Positions 40,615 to 49,791 of a stretch of DNA of 64,000 bases are shown here, piece by piece. The position numbers and the translations under genes are program-made. Location of the stretch: positions 1 to 64,000 of the forward strand of contig JAADGS010000027.1 in the NCBI GenBank assembly GCA_013152275.1, given 5' to 3'. How positions within the stretch are numbered: position 1 is the first letter of the stretch; each line of letters opens with the position of its first letter. The notes below the pieces were generated by a model that saw only the letters and a program-made list of their open reading frames with translations, was not told where the DNA came from and ran no database searches. Source of the stretch: Actinomycetota bacterium. Its GTDB lineage: Bacteria > Actinomycetota > Acidimicrobiia > Spongiisociales > UBA4744.

Positions 40615-42795
40615 TCATGGTGACGGTATCCAGGCGACCTGATCCGGGGCGGCGATGTCGATGACTACCCGTCCGCGTCCTCGGGTCGAGATCGCTTCGA
40701 GCCGTCCGGCGATGTTCGCGAGCAACCACGATCCGTCAGGGGAGAAGCCAAGGACCGTCCCGTCGAATGCATCCGTGACGCAGGCGACGATTCCAGAACA
40801 CGTGGACAGTCCCATTCCCGGATCGGCCATGATGAGCGTGAGTGCGCCGTCGGGAGAGTGCATCTCGACGGCGAAGGTTTGAGCGTCGTCGGCCGGGACG
40901 ATACGACCCGAGGTTATCTGTAGGTCTTGCGGGTTGGTGTAGATCAACGAGAAGGGAGTTGCGTTGGACATCGGAGCATTGGGAAGCACGATGTCGCGCA
41001 GGAGTTCGGAGTCGCCGGGGATCCAGAGCACGGCAGGCACTCCGATCTGTTGCTGAACGAGGACCAGCAGGTCCGAACGGACTCCGACCGCGGCGAGCAA
41101 TCCACGGACACCCGGGAGATCCGAAGCGTGGATGAGGACCTCGGGGTCTTCACCCTCTGGAGGCACCGTGAGGATCGACGAGGAGGTTTGCGAAACGGCG
41201 AATGGCACCGTGCCGACGACACCGAGTGAGGATCCCGAGAGCACCGTTGTGAGTCCTGCGGGACCGGCGCGAAGGATCTCTCGGTTATCGGTCTCGAGGA
41301 GAACGCCGAGATCAGCATTATTGACGATCGCGGTGACGGTTGCGGCGCCTGCAGGCAGGGAGCCGAGCGTTCGCTCCGTCGTGCCCGTTGTGTCGAGGAG
41401 CAGGACGTCGACGGTGTCGAGCCCGAACGCTGCCGTACGCAACAACGGCGTCGCGGGATCGACGGAGAACGCGGCCTGAATGGATGTGGTGGTCCCTGTG
41501 TCCGCCGGGTCGATGAGGTGCAGGCCATCCGGGTCGCGGCGGAACAACACCGAGTCTCGCAGTTCGAAGAGTGGCCCGGTATCGACGAGCGGCGTCGAGG
41601 TCGGGACCAGCGCAGGATCGTAGACTCGTAGGCGATCGCCGGGCTCGGCGGCCGTGTCACTGATGAGCGTTTCTGTGAATCGGGGTCCGACGGGGTGCGC
41701 ATAGGTTCCGGTTTCGTCGGCCCAGTAGAGGGCGGTTCCGTCACCGGACCATGTGAACGGGGAGTTCGCGGGTGCGAGCAGGTGGGGGATGGGCTCCATG
41801 AGGTTGAGCAGCCAGATGCCGGAGCCTTCGCCGGTGATCGTTGCGTCGACGGCGAGATACTTCGCGTCGGGGCTAAGTACCCCAATACGGATGTCCGAGA
41901 TGGCAGTCCGAGGAAGGATGTGGAAACCTCCGTTTATCCTGAGGCCCTCCTCATCTTCGCCTACCGCAGCAAGTCGGCTCACCGCGATCAGGCGACCGGC
42001 CGTTGGGCCTTGGAGGAGTGGTCCTTCCACCGACCAGACGTAGTAGGACTGCTCGGACAGACCGAGACCCAAAGCCATCGAATCGGCCGACCAGTGCAGG
42101 GATGCTGCGCGCGGTGGACTGGGGTAGGAAACCCGGTCGAGCTCGAGCGAAGCTCCGGTCTCGAGATCCCAAACCGTGGGGTGACCGTCGAGGTCGACCG
42201 TCGCGAGCAGCCTTCCGTTGGGGGAGAGTGCCGCGTCGAGGAGATCGGCAGGAACGGGGATCGGCAAGGGCGTGTGGCCTCCATCGGGGGTGACTCGCAC
42301 ATAGGCTTCGTCGGTGACGGTCAGCAGCGACCCGTCCGGCAATACGTCGAAGGCCGGTTCCAGGAAGGGGAACGTTCCTGTGAGAGTCTCCGGCGGCGTA
42401 TCGGGCTTCAGTAAACCCAACCAGGTTCCGGCGGCGGGCTCGTACGCGGGTCGGTCGGCGCCGGGCCTGGGGATCGTGGTTGTCGTTGTCGTGATGACCG
42501 GTGGGGCGGTCGGTGCCGTCACGCGTTGGAAGCCGGATGGAATGGTGAGGATGGACAGGACTACTCCCAGTCCCACCACGGTGGCGGCGACCACCCAAGG
42601 CTTGATCGAGGGCCGCTGTTCCGTGGACTCCGGAAGAGGCGCCATGGAGGGTGGCATGTCCGATGGTGTATCGAACGTCTCGAGTGAGGAATCATCGGTT
42701 CCCTGCGGTTCCTCGGCGGGCGTCCAGGCGGGCCGTCCGCACCTCGGGCAGTCGTTGCCATCAACAGGCGCATCACAGTAGAAGCAGTACCCCAT
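40615..42795 (-). CDS. Hypothetical membrane-anchored protein: N-terminal Zn ribbon, TM helix, Thr linker, WD40/TolB-like propeller(s)
   Basis: CFYC…CPRC, one TM helix, repeated LSPNG/WSADS/LSPDA/WSGDG/FSPDG motifs. Confidence 0.7.
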   Translation of the reverse strand: MGYCFYCDAPVDGNDCPRCGRPAWTPAEEPQGTDDSSLETFDTPSDMPPSMAPLPESTEQRPSIKPWVVAATVVGLGVVLSILTIPSGFQRVTAPTAPPVITTTTTTIPRPGADRPAYEPAAGTWLGLLKPDTPPETLTGTFPFLEPAFDVLPDGSLLTVTDEAYVRVTPDGGHTPLPIPVPADLLDAALSPNGRLLATVDLDGHPTVWDLETGASLELDRVSYPSPPRAASLHWSADSMALGLGLSEQSYYVWSVEGPLLQGPTAGRLIAVSRLAAVGEDEEGLRINGGFHILPRTAISDIRIGVLSPDAKYLAVDATITGEGSGIWLLNLMEPIPHLLAPANSPFTWSGDGTALYWADETGTYAHPVGPRFTETLISDTAAEPGDRLRVYDPALVPTSTPLVDTGPLFELRDSVLFRRDPDGLHLIDPADTGTTTSIQAAFSVDPATPLLRTAAFGLDTVDVLLLDTTGTTERTLGSLPAGAATVTAIVNNADLGVLLETDNREILRAGPAGLTTVLSGSSLGVVGTVPFAVSQTSSSILTVPPEGEDPEVLIHASDLPGVRGLLAAVGVRSDLLVLVQQQIGVPAVLWIPGDSELLRDIVLPNAPMSNATPFSLIYTNPQDLQITSGRIVPADDAQTFAVEMHSPDGALTLIMADPGMGLSTCSGIVACVTDAFDGTVLGFSPDGSWLLANIAGRLEAISTRGRGRVVIDIAAPDQVAWIPSP

Positions 42796-42946
42796 CGGGC
42801 ACAGAGTACGGTGCACGTGGAGCAAGTGCAGGGGTGGGTCGGCTGCTGCGGGTGGTTCCCCGGGGGAGGGGGTGTTGGCGCCTCACGGCACGATGGGTGT
42901 GATTCCGGCGCATGCGAGGACGCATTCCGGGCGCGAAGACGAGGCA

Positions 42947-43738
42947 CTAGGGCTTGCGCTCGAAATGGATATGGCGTGCATCGACGGGTCGGTGGTGGGG
43001 ATCGTCGTGGAGGACATGGCCCTCATCGGTGGTCGACATGGGATGTCCATAGGCGATACTCAGAGATTCTGCCGTCAGTACCTCATCAGGTGTGCCGGAG
43101 GCCACGACGCGACCTGCGAGCAGGATCACGTGGTCCGCCATGTCTGCCTCATCGAGAGAATGAGTCGTGCCGATCACGGTGTTGCCGGCCGCCCTTTCGG
43201 CTTCGATGGCCTCCAGGATGTACTCGCGCGAAACGAGGTCGAGGCCGGTAATGGGTTCGTCGAGCAGGAGCAGCGAAGCCTCCTGGGCAAGTCCCTGGGC
43301 GACAAAGACCCGCTGACGCTGGCCGCCGGAGAGTTCAGACAGGTGCCGATCCGCCAGATCGCGGATACCGAGACGTTCCATGGCGCGTTGACAGGCCAAA
43401 CGATCTCGTGGCTGGAAGCGGTGGAAGAACCCGAGTTGTGCATACCTGCCCATCCCCACGGCTTCGTGAACGGTGATTGGGGTGAGCTCGTTCAGTTTTG
43501 TCGACTGGAGCACGTAGGCGATGCCGGCCGGCCCGAGCGACGGCATGATCAACGAACCGGAGGTCGGTTCGATGAGGCCGGCGATAGCGCCGAGAAGGGT
43601 TGACTTGCCCGCACCGTTGGGTCCGATGATGGCGGTAACCGAGCCCGCAGGTATCTCGAAGCTCGACGAAACCAGCGCCGTCCGGTCCCCGTAGGAGAGT
43701 TCGAGGTTCTCCGCGCGAATCAGTGTTTTGCCTGGCAT
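42947..43738 (-). CDS. znuC: Zn/Mn ABC transporter ATP-binding protein
   Basis: GPNGAGKS, LSGGQRQR, LLDEP; His-rich C-terminus. Confidence 0.88.
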   Translation of the reverse strand: MPGKTLIRAENLELSYGDRTALVSSSFEIPAGSVTAIIGPNGAGKSTLLGAIAGLIEPTSGSLIMPSLGPAGIAYVLQSTKLNELTPITVHEAVGMGRYAQLGFFHRFQPRDRLACQRAMERLGIRDLADRHLSELSGGQRQRVFVAQGLAQEASLLLLDEPITGLDLVSREYILEAIEAERAAGNTVIGTTHSLDEADMADHVILLAGRVVASGTPDEVLTAESLSIAYGHPMSTTDEGHVLHDDPHHRPVDARHIHFERKP

Positions 43739-44175
43739 GCCTTACAGATCCCTTCCAGTTCGAGGCGGTGACCTGTGATGTGGTAGTTCCCGGCATCTGC
43801 CAACGAACGGATGAGACGCGAAATGGCACGTTCGAGTTCGGATGGGATGGCGACATCATCGGTGAGGCCACACTCGATGCACACGAAGTGGTGGTGATGC
43901 TCACCGGTGACCGCTTCGGCGATCTCGTAGCGGGCGACGCCCTCCGCGTCTCGATACTTGGTGACGAGTTCCGCCGTTTCCAGCGAGAGAAGCGTTCGGT
44001 AGAGCGACGATACGGGAACTGCCCGTCCCATTGCAGTGTCCAGCTCCGCGGCGGTGCGGGGCCCTGGTGTCTCCGTGAGCGCCTCGAGAACGAGTCGCCT
44101 TGCCTTGGTCAGCCGGACGTTCCGGGCGACGAGTTGTCGCTTCGCCCGTTCGAGAAGGTCTGCTTGCGTCATCAC
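43720..44175 (-). CDS. zur: Fur family regulator (Zur-like)
   Basis: RLTKARRLVL…SSLYRTL…HHHHFVCIECG…GICKAC; linked to znuABC. Confidence 0.85.
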   Translation of the reverse strand: MMTQADLLERAKRQLVARNVRLTKARRLVLEALTETPGPRTAAELDTAMGRAVPVSSLYRTLLSLETAELVTKYRDAEGVARYEIAEAVTGEHHHHFVCIECGLTDDVAIPSELERAISRLIRSLADAGNYHITGHRLELEGICKACQAKH

Positions 44176-44197
44176 GCCAAGATGATACCATTCCCTC

Positions 44198-45103
44198 ATG
44201 AAAATGAGAACCGTTACCATAATGATGGTGGCACTTTCCCTCTTCGGAAGTGCCTGCAGCAGTTCGCCGGTGGATGATCGACCGATCGTGGTGGCCACGA
44301 CCACAATCCTCGGTGATATCGTCCGCGAGATCGCGGGCGACGAGTTGAATGTACAGGTCCTCATGCCGGTCGGAGTGGACCCTCACGAGTTCAGCGCGTC
44401 GGCCAAGCAGGTCGCGCAGATGGAGTCCGCGGTCCTCGTGGTGGCCAATGGCCTCGGCCTCGAGGAGGGTCTCACATCGGTCCTCGACGCCGTGATGGCC
44501 GACGGAGTGCCGGTGCTGAAGGTGGGGGATGTGGTGACGCCGCGGTATTTCGAGAACGGACGACCCGATCCCCACATCTGGTTCGATCCGGAGCGGATGG
44601 CCGTTGTCGCCCGCAAGATCGCCGATCGCCTCGCGCAGGTTGACGATGGTTTGTCACCTGCCGACTGGTCGAGTCGTGGAGGCGCCTACGCGGCTCGGAT
44701 TCTGGACACCGAAGCGGAAATGGAGCGACGCTTTGGGCAGATCAGCCCCGAGCGCCGCAAGCTGGTGACTTCGCACATGGCGTTCGGCTACCTCGCCGAT
44801 CGTTTCGGTTTCGAGGTTGTTGGCGTTGTCATCCCGGGCGGTGGCACACTTGGCGAAACGAGCGCATCCGCGCTCGGATCTCTTGCAGAGACCATCGTTG
44901 CCGAGGACGTGCCCGCGATTTTCGTCGAGACCACGGTGTCTCCTCGGCTCTCTGAAACGCTGGCTGCGGAGACAGGTCGCGACGTGAAGATCGTTACCCT
45001 CTATACGGGCTCGCTTGGTGCCCCTGGATCGGGAGCGGATACGTACCTGGGGCTTCTGCTCACCGATACGGAGCGAATCGTCGACGCCTTGAAGGAGGGC
45101 TAG
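44198..45103 (+). CDS. znuA: Zn/Mn ABC transporter substrate-binding lipoprotein
   Basis: Lipobox SAC; DPHEF, NGLGLE, DPHIWFDP, TSHMAFGYLA. Confidence 0.9.
   Translation: MKMRTVTIMMVALSLFGSACSSSPVDDRPIVVATTTILGDIVREIAGDELNVQVLMPVGVDPHEFSASAKQVAQMESAVLVVANGLGLEEGLTSVLDAVMADGVPVLKVGDVVTPRYFENGRPDPHIWFDPERMAVVARKIADRLAQVDDGLSPADWSSRGGAYAARILDTEAEMERRFGQISPERRKLVTSHMAFGYLADRFGFEVVGVVIPGGGTLGETSASALGSLAETIVAEDVPAIFVETTVSPRLSETLAAETGRDVKIVTLYTGSLGAPGSGADTYLGLLLTDTERIVDALKEG
44204..44220. promoter_or_regulatory. Candidate Zur/Fur box
   Basis: ATGAGAACCGTTACCAT imperfect palindrome in the AT-rich zur/znuA junction. Confidence 0.65.
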
Positions 45104-45161
45104 TGGCAACGTCGAGGGATGGAGAGGATCCCAGGACGAGTTGTGCGAGGGGCCACTGAGC

Positions 45162-45986
45162 GTGGACTGGCTCATCGATCCGTTCCGTCTGGAGTTCATG
45201 CAGCGGGCGTTGCTGGCAGGATTCCTCGTGGCGGCAGTGACGTCGGTTGTCGGTACCTGGGTCGTCCTGCGGGGCCTTGCCTTCATGGGCGACGCACTTG
45301 CCCACGGAGTGTTGCCCGGGATCGCTCTCGCGGTGTTGATCGGATTCAGTCAGCTGCTTGGCGCAATCGTATCTGCGCTCGTGATGGTGTGGGGTATCGG
45401 TGTGATCCATCGCAGGGCGAGACTTTCGGAGGACACGGGGATCGGTCTGCTGTTCGTGGGGATGTTGGCCCTTGGCGTGGTGATCATCTCCCGCACATCC
45501 TCCTACGCGGGAAGTTTGACAGGGATCCTCTTCGGTGATGCGCTGGGCGTGACGAGGGGCGACCTCTGGGTTCTGGGCGCCGGGTTGGTCGTGACGGTGA
45601 TCATCGCTCTGGCCTTCTACCGACCGTTTCTCGCCCTGTCGTTCAACGAAGACAAGGCCGCCGTGCTTGGAATGCGGCCCCGTCTCGCTCACGCCGTCAT
45701 GCTCGCGCTCGTGACCCTGGCTGTCGTCATCGCATTCAGAACGGTGGGAACCCTGCTGGTCTTCGGCCTCTTGATCGCTCCACCGGCAACTGCGGCGCTG
45801 ATCACGCGGCGCGTGCCGACGATGATGGTGATGGCCGTCGGGCTAGGCCTGCTCTCGGTGGCGGGCGGGCTCCTCACGAGCTTCTACGCGAACACGGCCG
45901 CCGGGGCGACGATGGCGGGACTCTCTGTGGCGTTGTTCTTCCTCGTGCTCATGTCGAGAGATCTCGTGACGCGCCATCACGCGTAA
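45162..45986 (+). CDS. znuB: Zn/Mn ABC transporter permease
   Basis: FMGDALAHGVLPG, ILFGDAL, VGTLLVFGLLIAPPATA. Confidence 0.92.
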   Translation: MDWLIDPFRLEFMQRALLAGFLVAAVTSVVGTWVVLRGLAFMGDALAHGVLPGIALAVLIGFSQLLGAIVSALVMVWGIGVIHRRARLSEDTGIGLLFVGMLALGVVIISRTSSYAGSLTGILFGDALGVTRGDLWVLGAGLVVTVIIALAFYRPFLALSFNEDKAAVLGMRPRLAHAVMLALVTLAVVIAFRTVGTLLVFGLLIAPPATAALITRRVPTMMVMAVGLGLLSVAGGLLTSFYANTAAGATMAGLSVALFFLVLMSRDLVTRHHA

Positions 45987-46022
45987 TCGAGATGTTCCGG
46001 CAGGCATCTACCATGAATGTTC

Positions 46023-47195
46023 ATGGCCAGGCATCGAGTATCGACGAAACGCCCTGAAGTCGTGCGGGCTCTGCTGGCGGCTGCAATCGTGTTCGGCGTC
46101 GTCCTGTTCGCCTTTGTCACAGTATCGGGTGTCCGCGCCTTTCAGGCCTATCGGAGCGTTGAGCGCGAGCCGTTTGCCGAAGCGACCAAGGTGCGGCAAG
46201 GAATCGCAGGCATGACGGACGAGCAGCGATCCGAGATTCGGCAGGAGGCCTCGGTCGCTCAGAAGACCGCTCAGAAGACCGGTCAGGAGGCCAGTCGCGC
46301 CATTCCGCTCCTCGATCGGGATCTGCTCGCGATCGTGGCGGCACAGCGGAACGGCCGTCAACCCTATTTCGTTCCCTTCACCGTCCCGGAGGCTACGAGC
46401 CCCGCGCTTCCGGACGGCATGTTCGCGTCGTACCTGTTGGTGGGTCAGGAGGGGCCTCGCGCCGACTCGATGATCTTCATCCTCCTTCCTTCCGACGGGT
46501 CTGCTCCGATCATGACGTCCCTTCCTCGGGACCTCTACGTGAAGAATCCCTGTACGGATGAGTACGCCCGACTCAACACGGGTCTCGGCGGGTGCAAAGG
46601 TTTTGCGGGTGGCGCCGAGTTGCTGTCATTGATGGTGCAGGACTACACGGGCATCGAAGTGGACCATTTCGCCCGGATCGACTTCGGCGGGTTCGCCGCC
46701 GTCATCGATGCGCTGGGAGGGGTGGACGTGTGTCTCGACAATCCCGTTCGAGACTGGAGGTCGAAGCTCGACCTTCCGGCAGGATGCTCACATATCGGTG
46801 GCGATCAGGCGCTTGCGTGGGTGCGAACGCGACATACCGAGGAGTATGTCGATGGCGCGTGGCGGCCCGTGCGGGGCGCAAGTGATTTCACCCGCGAGCG
46901 GCATCAGCAGGAGATGCTGTTCAAGGTCGCCGACCGGCTCGCCTCGTTCGGCTCGCTGTCGGCGTTCTCCAATGTGGCGGACCAGGTGGCGGGAATGATC
47001 CATCTCGATTCGCGATTCGCATTCGGCGATGCGGTGAGTCTCGCTTGGAGCTTCCGTGGGATCAGTTCGTCACAGGTCAAGCGTGTCCGCGTGTCGGTGA
47101 AGGATTACGTCACCGATCGGGGTGCGTGGGTGCTGCTTCCGACGGCGACGTTCAACGAGGCCTTGGCGAAGGTCTATCCGCCGGCAAAGCGCTGA
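46023..47195 (+). CDS. LCP (LytR-CpsA-Psr) family protein
   Basis: N-terminal TM; RADSMI, SLPRDLYV, IDFGGF…DALGGV, ALAWVRTR, DFTRERHQQ. Confidence 0.88.
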   Translation: MARHRVSTKRPEVVRALLAAAIVFGVVLFAFVTVSGVRAFQAYRSVEREPFAEATKVRQGIAGMTDEQRSEIRQEASVAQKTAQKTGQEASRAIPLLDRDLLAIVAAQRNGRQPYFVPFTVPEATSPALPDGMFASYLLVGQEGPRADSMIFILLPSDGSAPIMTSLPRDLYVKNPCTDEYARLNTGLGGCKGFAGGAELLSLMVQDYTGIEVDHFARIDFGGFAAVIDALGGVDVCLDNPVRDWRSKLDLPAGCSHIGGDQALAWVRTRHTEEYVDGAWRPVRGASDFTRERHQQEMLFKVADRLASFGSLSAFSNVADQVAGMIHLDSRFAFGDAVSLAWSFRGISSSQVKRVRVSVKDYVTDRGAWVLLPTATFNEALAKVYPPAKR

Positions 47196-47214
47196 TCGAG
47201 CACGAAACCGCTCG

Positions 47215-47332
47215 GCCATTGGTTCTCGGTCATCGGTGATCAGTTTTCAGTCATCAGTGGTCGACGCGGTGGCCTTCTTGTTGGGAACGCTTCGACGGCC
47301 GACGACTGACGACTGACGACTGACGACTGACG
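47215..47332 (+). repeat. Heptamer-armed intergenic element, copy C
   Basis: Six GYNNTYR heptamers - core GTGGTCGACGCGGTGGCCTTCTTGTTGGGAACGCTTC - GACGGCC (GACGACT)x4; between convergent LCP and OsmC genes. Confidence 0.9.
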
Positions 47333-47345
47333 GAGGCGGTCTCGC

Positions 47346-47738
47346 CTACACGATCTCCACGGTTGTTTCCACCGGCACGTTTCCGCGAATGGCGTGAGAT
47401 ACCGAGCACATCTCCTCGTGGCTCTTGTGCACCGCATCGGTGGCCTCCTGTTCGGTTATGCCGTGGCCACCGACTCGGTAGTGCATGCGGAAACGCTGGA
47501 ACTTCCACGGAGGATCCGGTTGCTTCGTGTAGCGAACGGTGATTGTGAACTCGTCGACCCGATCGGTGCCGAGCAGGTTCAAGACGTCGATGCCCGAACA
47601 ACCGGCCAGGGCCATCGGCAGGAGGTCGGAGGGGCGAACGCCCAACGTCGCCTCTCCATCGATGTCGACGGGCATGTCATCCCGGTCGACGGCATCGAAG
47701 CGATGGTCGCCCCCCCACGTGAGAGATACGGAAGCCAC
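47346..47738 (-). CDS. OsmC family protein
   Basis: RPSDLLPMALAGCSGIDV…SHEEMCSVSH; AAAGGA RBS before GTG. Confidence 0.85.
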   Translation of the reverse strand: MASVSLTWGGDHRFDAVDRDDMPVDIDGEATLGVRPSDLLPMALAGCSGIDVLNLLGTDRVDEFTITVRYTKQPDPPWKFQRFRMHYRVGGHGITEQEATDAVHKSHEEMCSVSHAIRGNVPVETTVEIV

Positions 47739-47922
47739 TTCAGTTCCTTTCGTAACTGTTTCGAATGATGGCAGATGTCGATGGACACCCGGTTGGAGGT
47801 AGTGCATGACTGGTAGAACGTGGGACACGAGGGCGGCCGCCCGTTGTCCTCGATCCCGGACAGGACTAAGTTGGACGTTGCTTGACATGTTCCGTCGAGC
47901 GACATCTAATGGAGGAGAGAGC

Positions 47923-49638
47923 ATGAGACGCCGATTCTGGGTCGTTGCGTTGTTTGCCGTGTTGGCCATGGTGGCTGCTGCTTGCGGTGGCGGCGCGACG
48001 ACAACGACGACGGCTGCCCCGGCAACGACGGCTGCCACGACGACAACCGCCCCGACGACAACGACGACGGCTGCCACGACGACGACCGAGGCACCTCCGA
48101 GCCCCAAGACGATCATCATCGGCACGACCGACACGATTGCCGAGTTCGACTCGGCAGATGCGTACTCGGTGCGTGACTGGGAGATCATTCGTAATACCGG
48201 TGTGGGTCTGTTGACCTTTGCCCCCGGTACGACGGATCTGGTGCCCGGCATCGCCAAGAGCTACGACGTCAGTGATGACGGAAAGACCTATACGTTCCAT
48301 CTTCGTGACGATGTGAAGTTCGGCGATGGTTTGGCCCTGACGGCGCCGATGTATGTTGACCACATCCACCGGATGCTGACCCTCGACGGGTCGGGCGGTG
48401 TCGGCGGCGCGCTCGGTACGCCGTACATCGATACGGTGAGTGCACCGGATGATTTGACCGTGGTCTTCCAGCTGAAGGACGCGTTCGGCTACTTCCCGCA
48501 GATCGTTGCGGGTGCGCCGTACATCCCGATGGATCCGAACCAGTTCCCCCAGGACGCTCTCGTCGAGTTCCCGGACCCGCCGTTCTATGGCGTAGGTCCG
48601 TGGACGGTCACCGACTACACGATCGGTGAGCAGATGGTCCTCGAGCCCAATGAGTTCTACTTCGGCGACAAGCCGAAGGTGGACCGGATCATCATCAAGG
48701 ACTACTCGGATGCCCAGACCATGGCGCTGGCGCTGCAGAACCACGAGATCGACATCGCGTGGCGCACGATTGCGCAGCCCGACCTTCTCGAGCAGCTCAA
48801 GGGCGTGGACGGCCTGACGGTCGCCACCGTGCCTGGTGGTTCCATCCGCTATCTGATCATCAACCACGCTCTGTCGCCGACCGACGACTCCAACGTGCGC
48901 AAGGCGCTGGCATACGCGCTCGACCGTGACGACATCGTCGACCGGGTATCCGGTGGGACGTGGGAGCCGCTGTACTCGATGGACCCGCCAGGGTTCCTCG
49001 GTGCAACGGAGGCGTTCGACACGATGTACGGGTCGCCGAATCTCGACAAGGCGAAGGAAGCGTTGAAGGCCGCCGGCTACAGCGAATCGAACAAGCTGGA
49101 GCTGCAGTTGAGCTTCCCGCCACAGCACTACGGTGGCACGGTGAGCGACACGATGCAGGTTCTGAAGGAGCAGTTCGAAGCGACCGGCATGATCAACGTC
49201 ACGTTGAACTCGCAGGAGTGGAGCACGTATATCGGTGCCGTGATCGGCGGAGCCGACTACACCGTCTCGCTGCTCGGTTGGTTCTTCGACTATCCGGATC
49301 CGAGCAACTACCTGGAGCCGTTCGTACTCAATGGTGGACTTGGCACGATGGTGACCGATCCCGATACGGGTGAGGCATTGAGTGATGAGGCCGCGAACCT
49401 CGTCGACCTGCTGAAGCAGGCTGCGACGAGCACGGATCAGGCGAAGCGCGCCGACCTCTACGGGCAGGCACAGGATGTGTATGCAGACCTGGTCGTGACG
49501 ATCCCGATGTGGTTCGAGGCGGAGCACGTGATCTATTGGGACAACATCTCTGGCTCGGCGACCGACGCGAACCCGCAGTCGCTGAACATCGGACCTTCGT
49601 TCGATCTGAACTACGCGCTGCTGGATATCACCGGCTAG
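47923..49638 (+). CDS. Peptide/nickel ABC transporter substrate-binding lipoprotein (SBP family 5)
   Basis: Lipobox AAAC, Thr-rich linker, SDDGKTYTFHLRDDVKFGDG, GVGPW, VRKALAYALDRD. Confidence 0.92.
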   Translation: MRRRFWVVALFAVLAMVAAACGGGATTTTTAAPATTAATTTTAPTTTTTAATTTTEAPPSPKTIIIGTTDTIAEFDSADAYSVRDWEIIRNTGVGLLTFAPGTTDLVPGIAKSYDVSDDGKTYTFHLRDDVKFGDGLALTAPMYVDHIHRMLTLDGSGGVGGALGTPYIDTVSAPDDLTVVFQLKDAFGYFPQIVAGAPYIPMDPNQFPQDALVEFPDPPFYGVGPWTVTDYTIGEQMVLEPNEFYFGDKPKVDRIIIKDYSDAQTMALALQNHEIDIAWRTIAQPDLLEQLKGVDGLTVATVPGGSIRYLIINHALSPTDDSNVRKALAYALDRDDIVDRVSGGTWEPLYSMDPPGFLGATEAFDTMYGSPNLDKAKEALKAAGYSESNKLELQLSFPPQHYGGTVSDTMQVLKEQFEATGMINVTLNSQEWSTYIGAVIGGADYTVSLLGWFFDYPDPSNYLEPFVLNGGLGTMVTDPDTGEALSDEAANLVDLLKQAATSTDQAKRADLYGQAQDVYADLVVTIPMWFEAEHVIYWDNISGSATDANPQSLNIGPSFDLNYALLDITG

Positions 49639-49654
49639 TCGCTTTCAAGCTGAG

Positions 49655-49684
49655 GAAGGGGCGGGCCTTCGGGCCCGCCCCTTC
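49655..49684 (+). terminator. Hairpin after SBP gene (partial terminator or mRNA stabiliser)
   Basis: GAAGGGGCGGGCC-TTCG-GGCCCGCCCCTTC followed by TCTT. Confidence 0.75.
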
Positions 49685-49791
49685 TCTTGTCGTTGTGGGA
49701 CCTGCACAGGCGGCCAATCCGAGGATCGGAAGGGCGCCAGAGGGCGACCGTGGCGCGACGGGGGTAAACGCGGAGTAATCTGACGCTCCTT

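Noticed and set aside
47882..47910. Sigma-70 promoter TTGACA-N17-TCTAAT before the SBP gene
   Set aside because: The -10 lacks the conserved A, and the implied TSS would cut the RBS; left uncalled.
47998..48090. ACGACG-rich repeats as another heptamer element
   Set aside because: Codon-periodic Thr/Ala linker of the SBP lipoprotein; lacks the GGGAACG core.
47866..49527. 553-aa minus-strand ORF (likewise 32587-34152 and 19358-20584)
   Set aside because: Antisense shadows of well-supported genes, expected from high GC3 codon bias.
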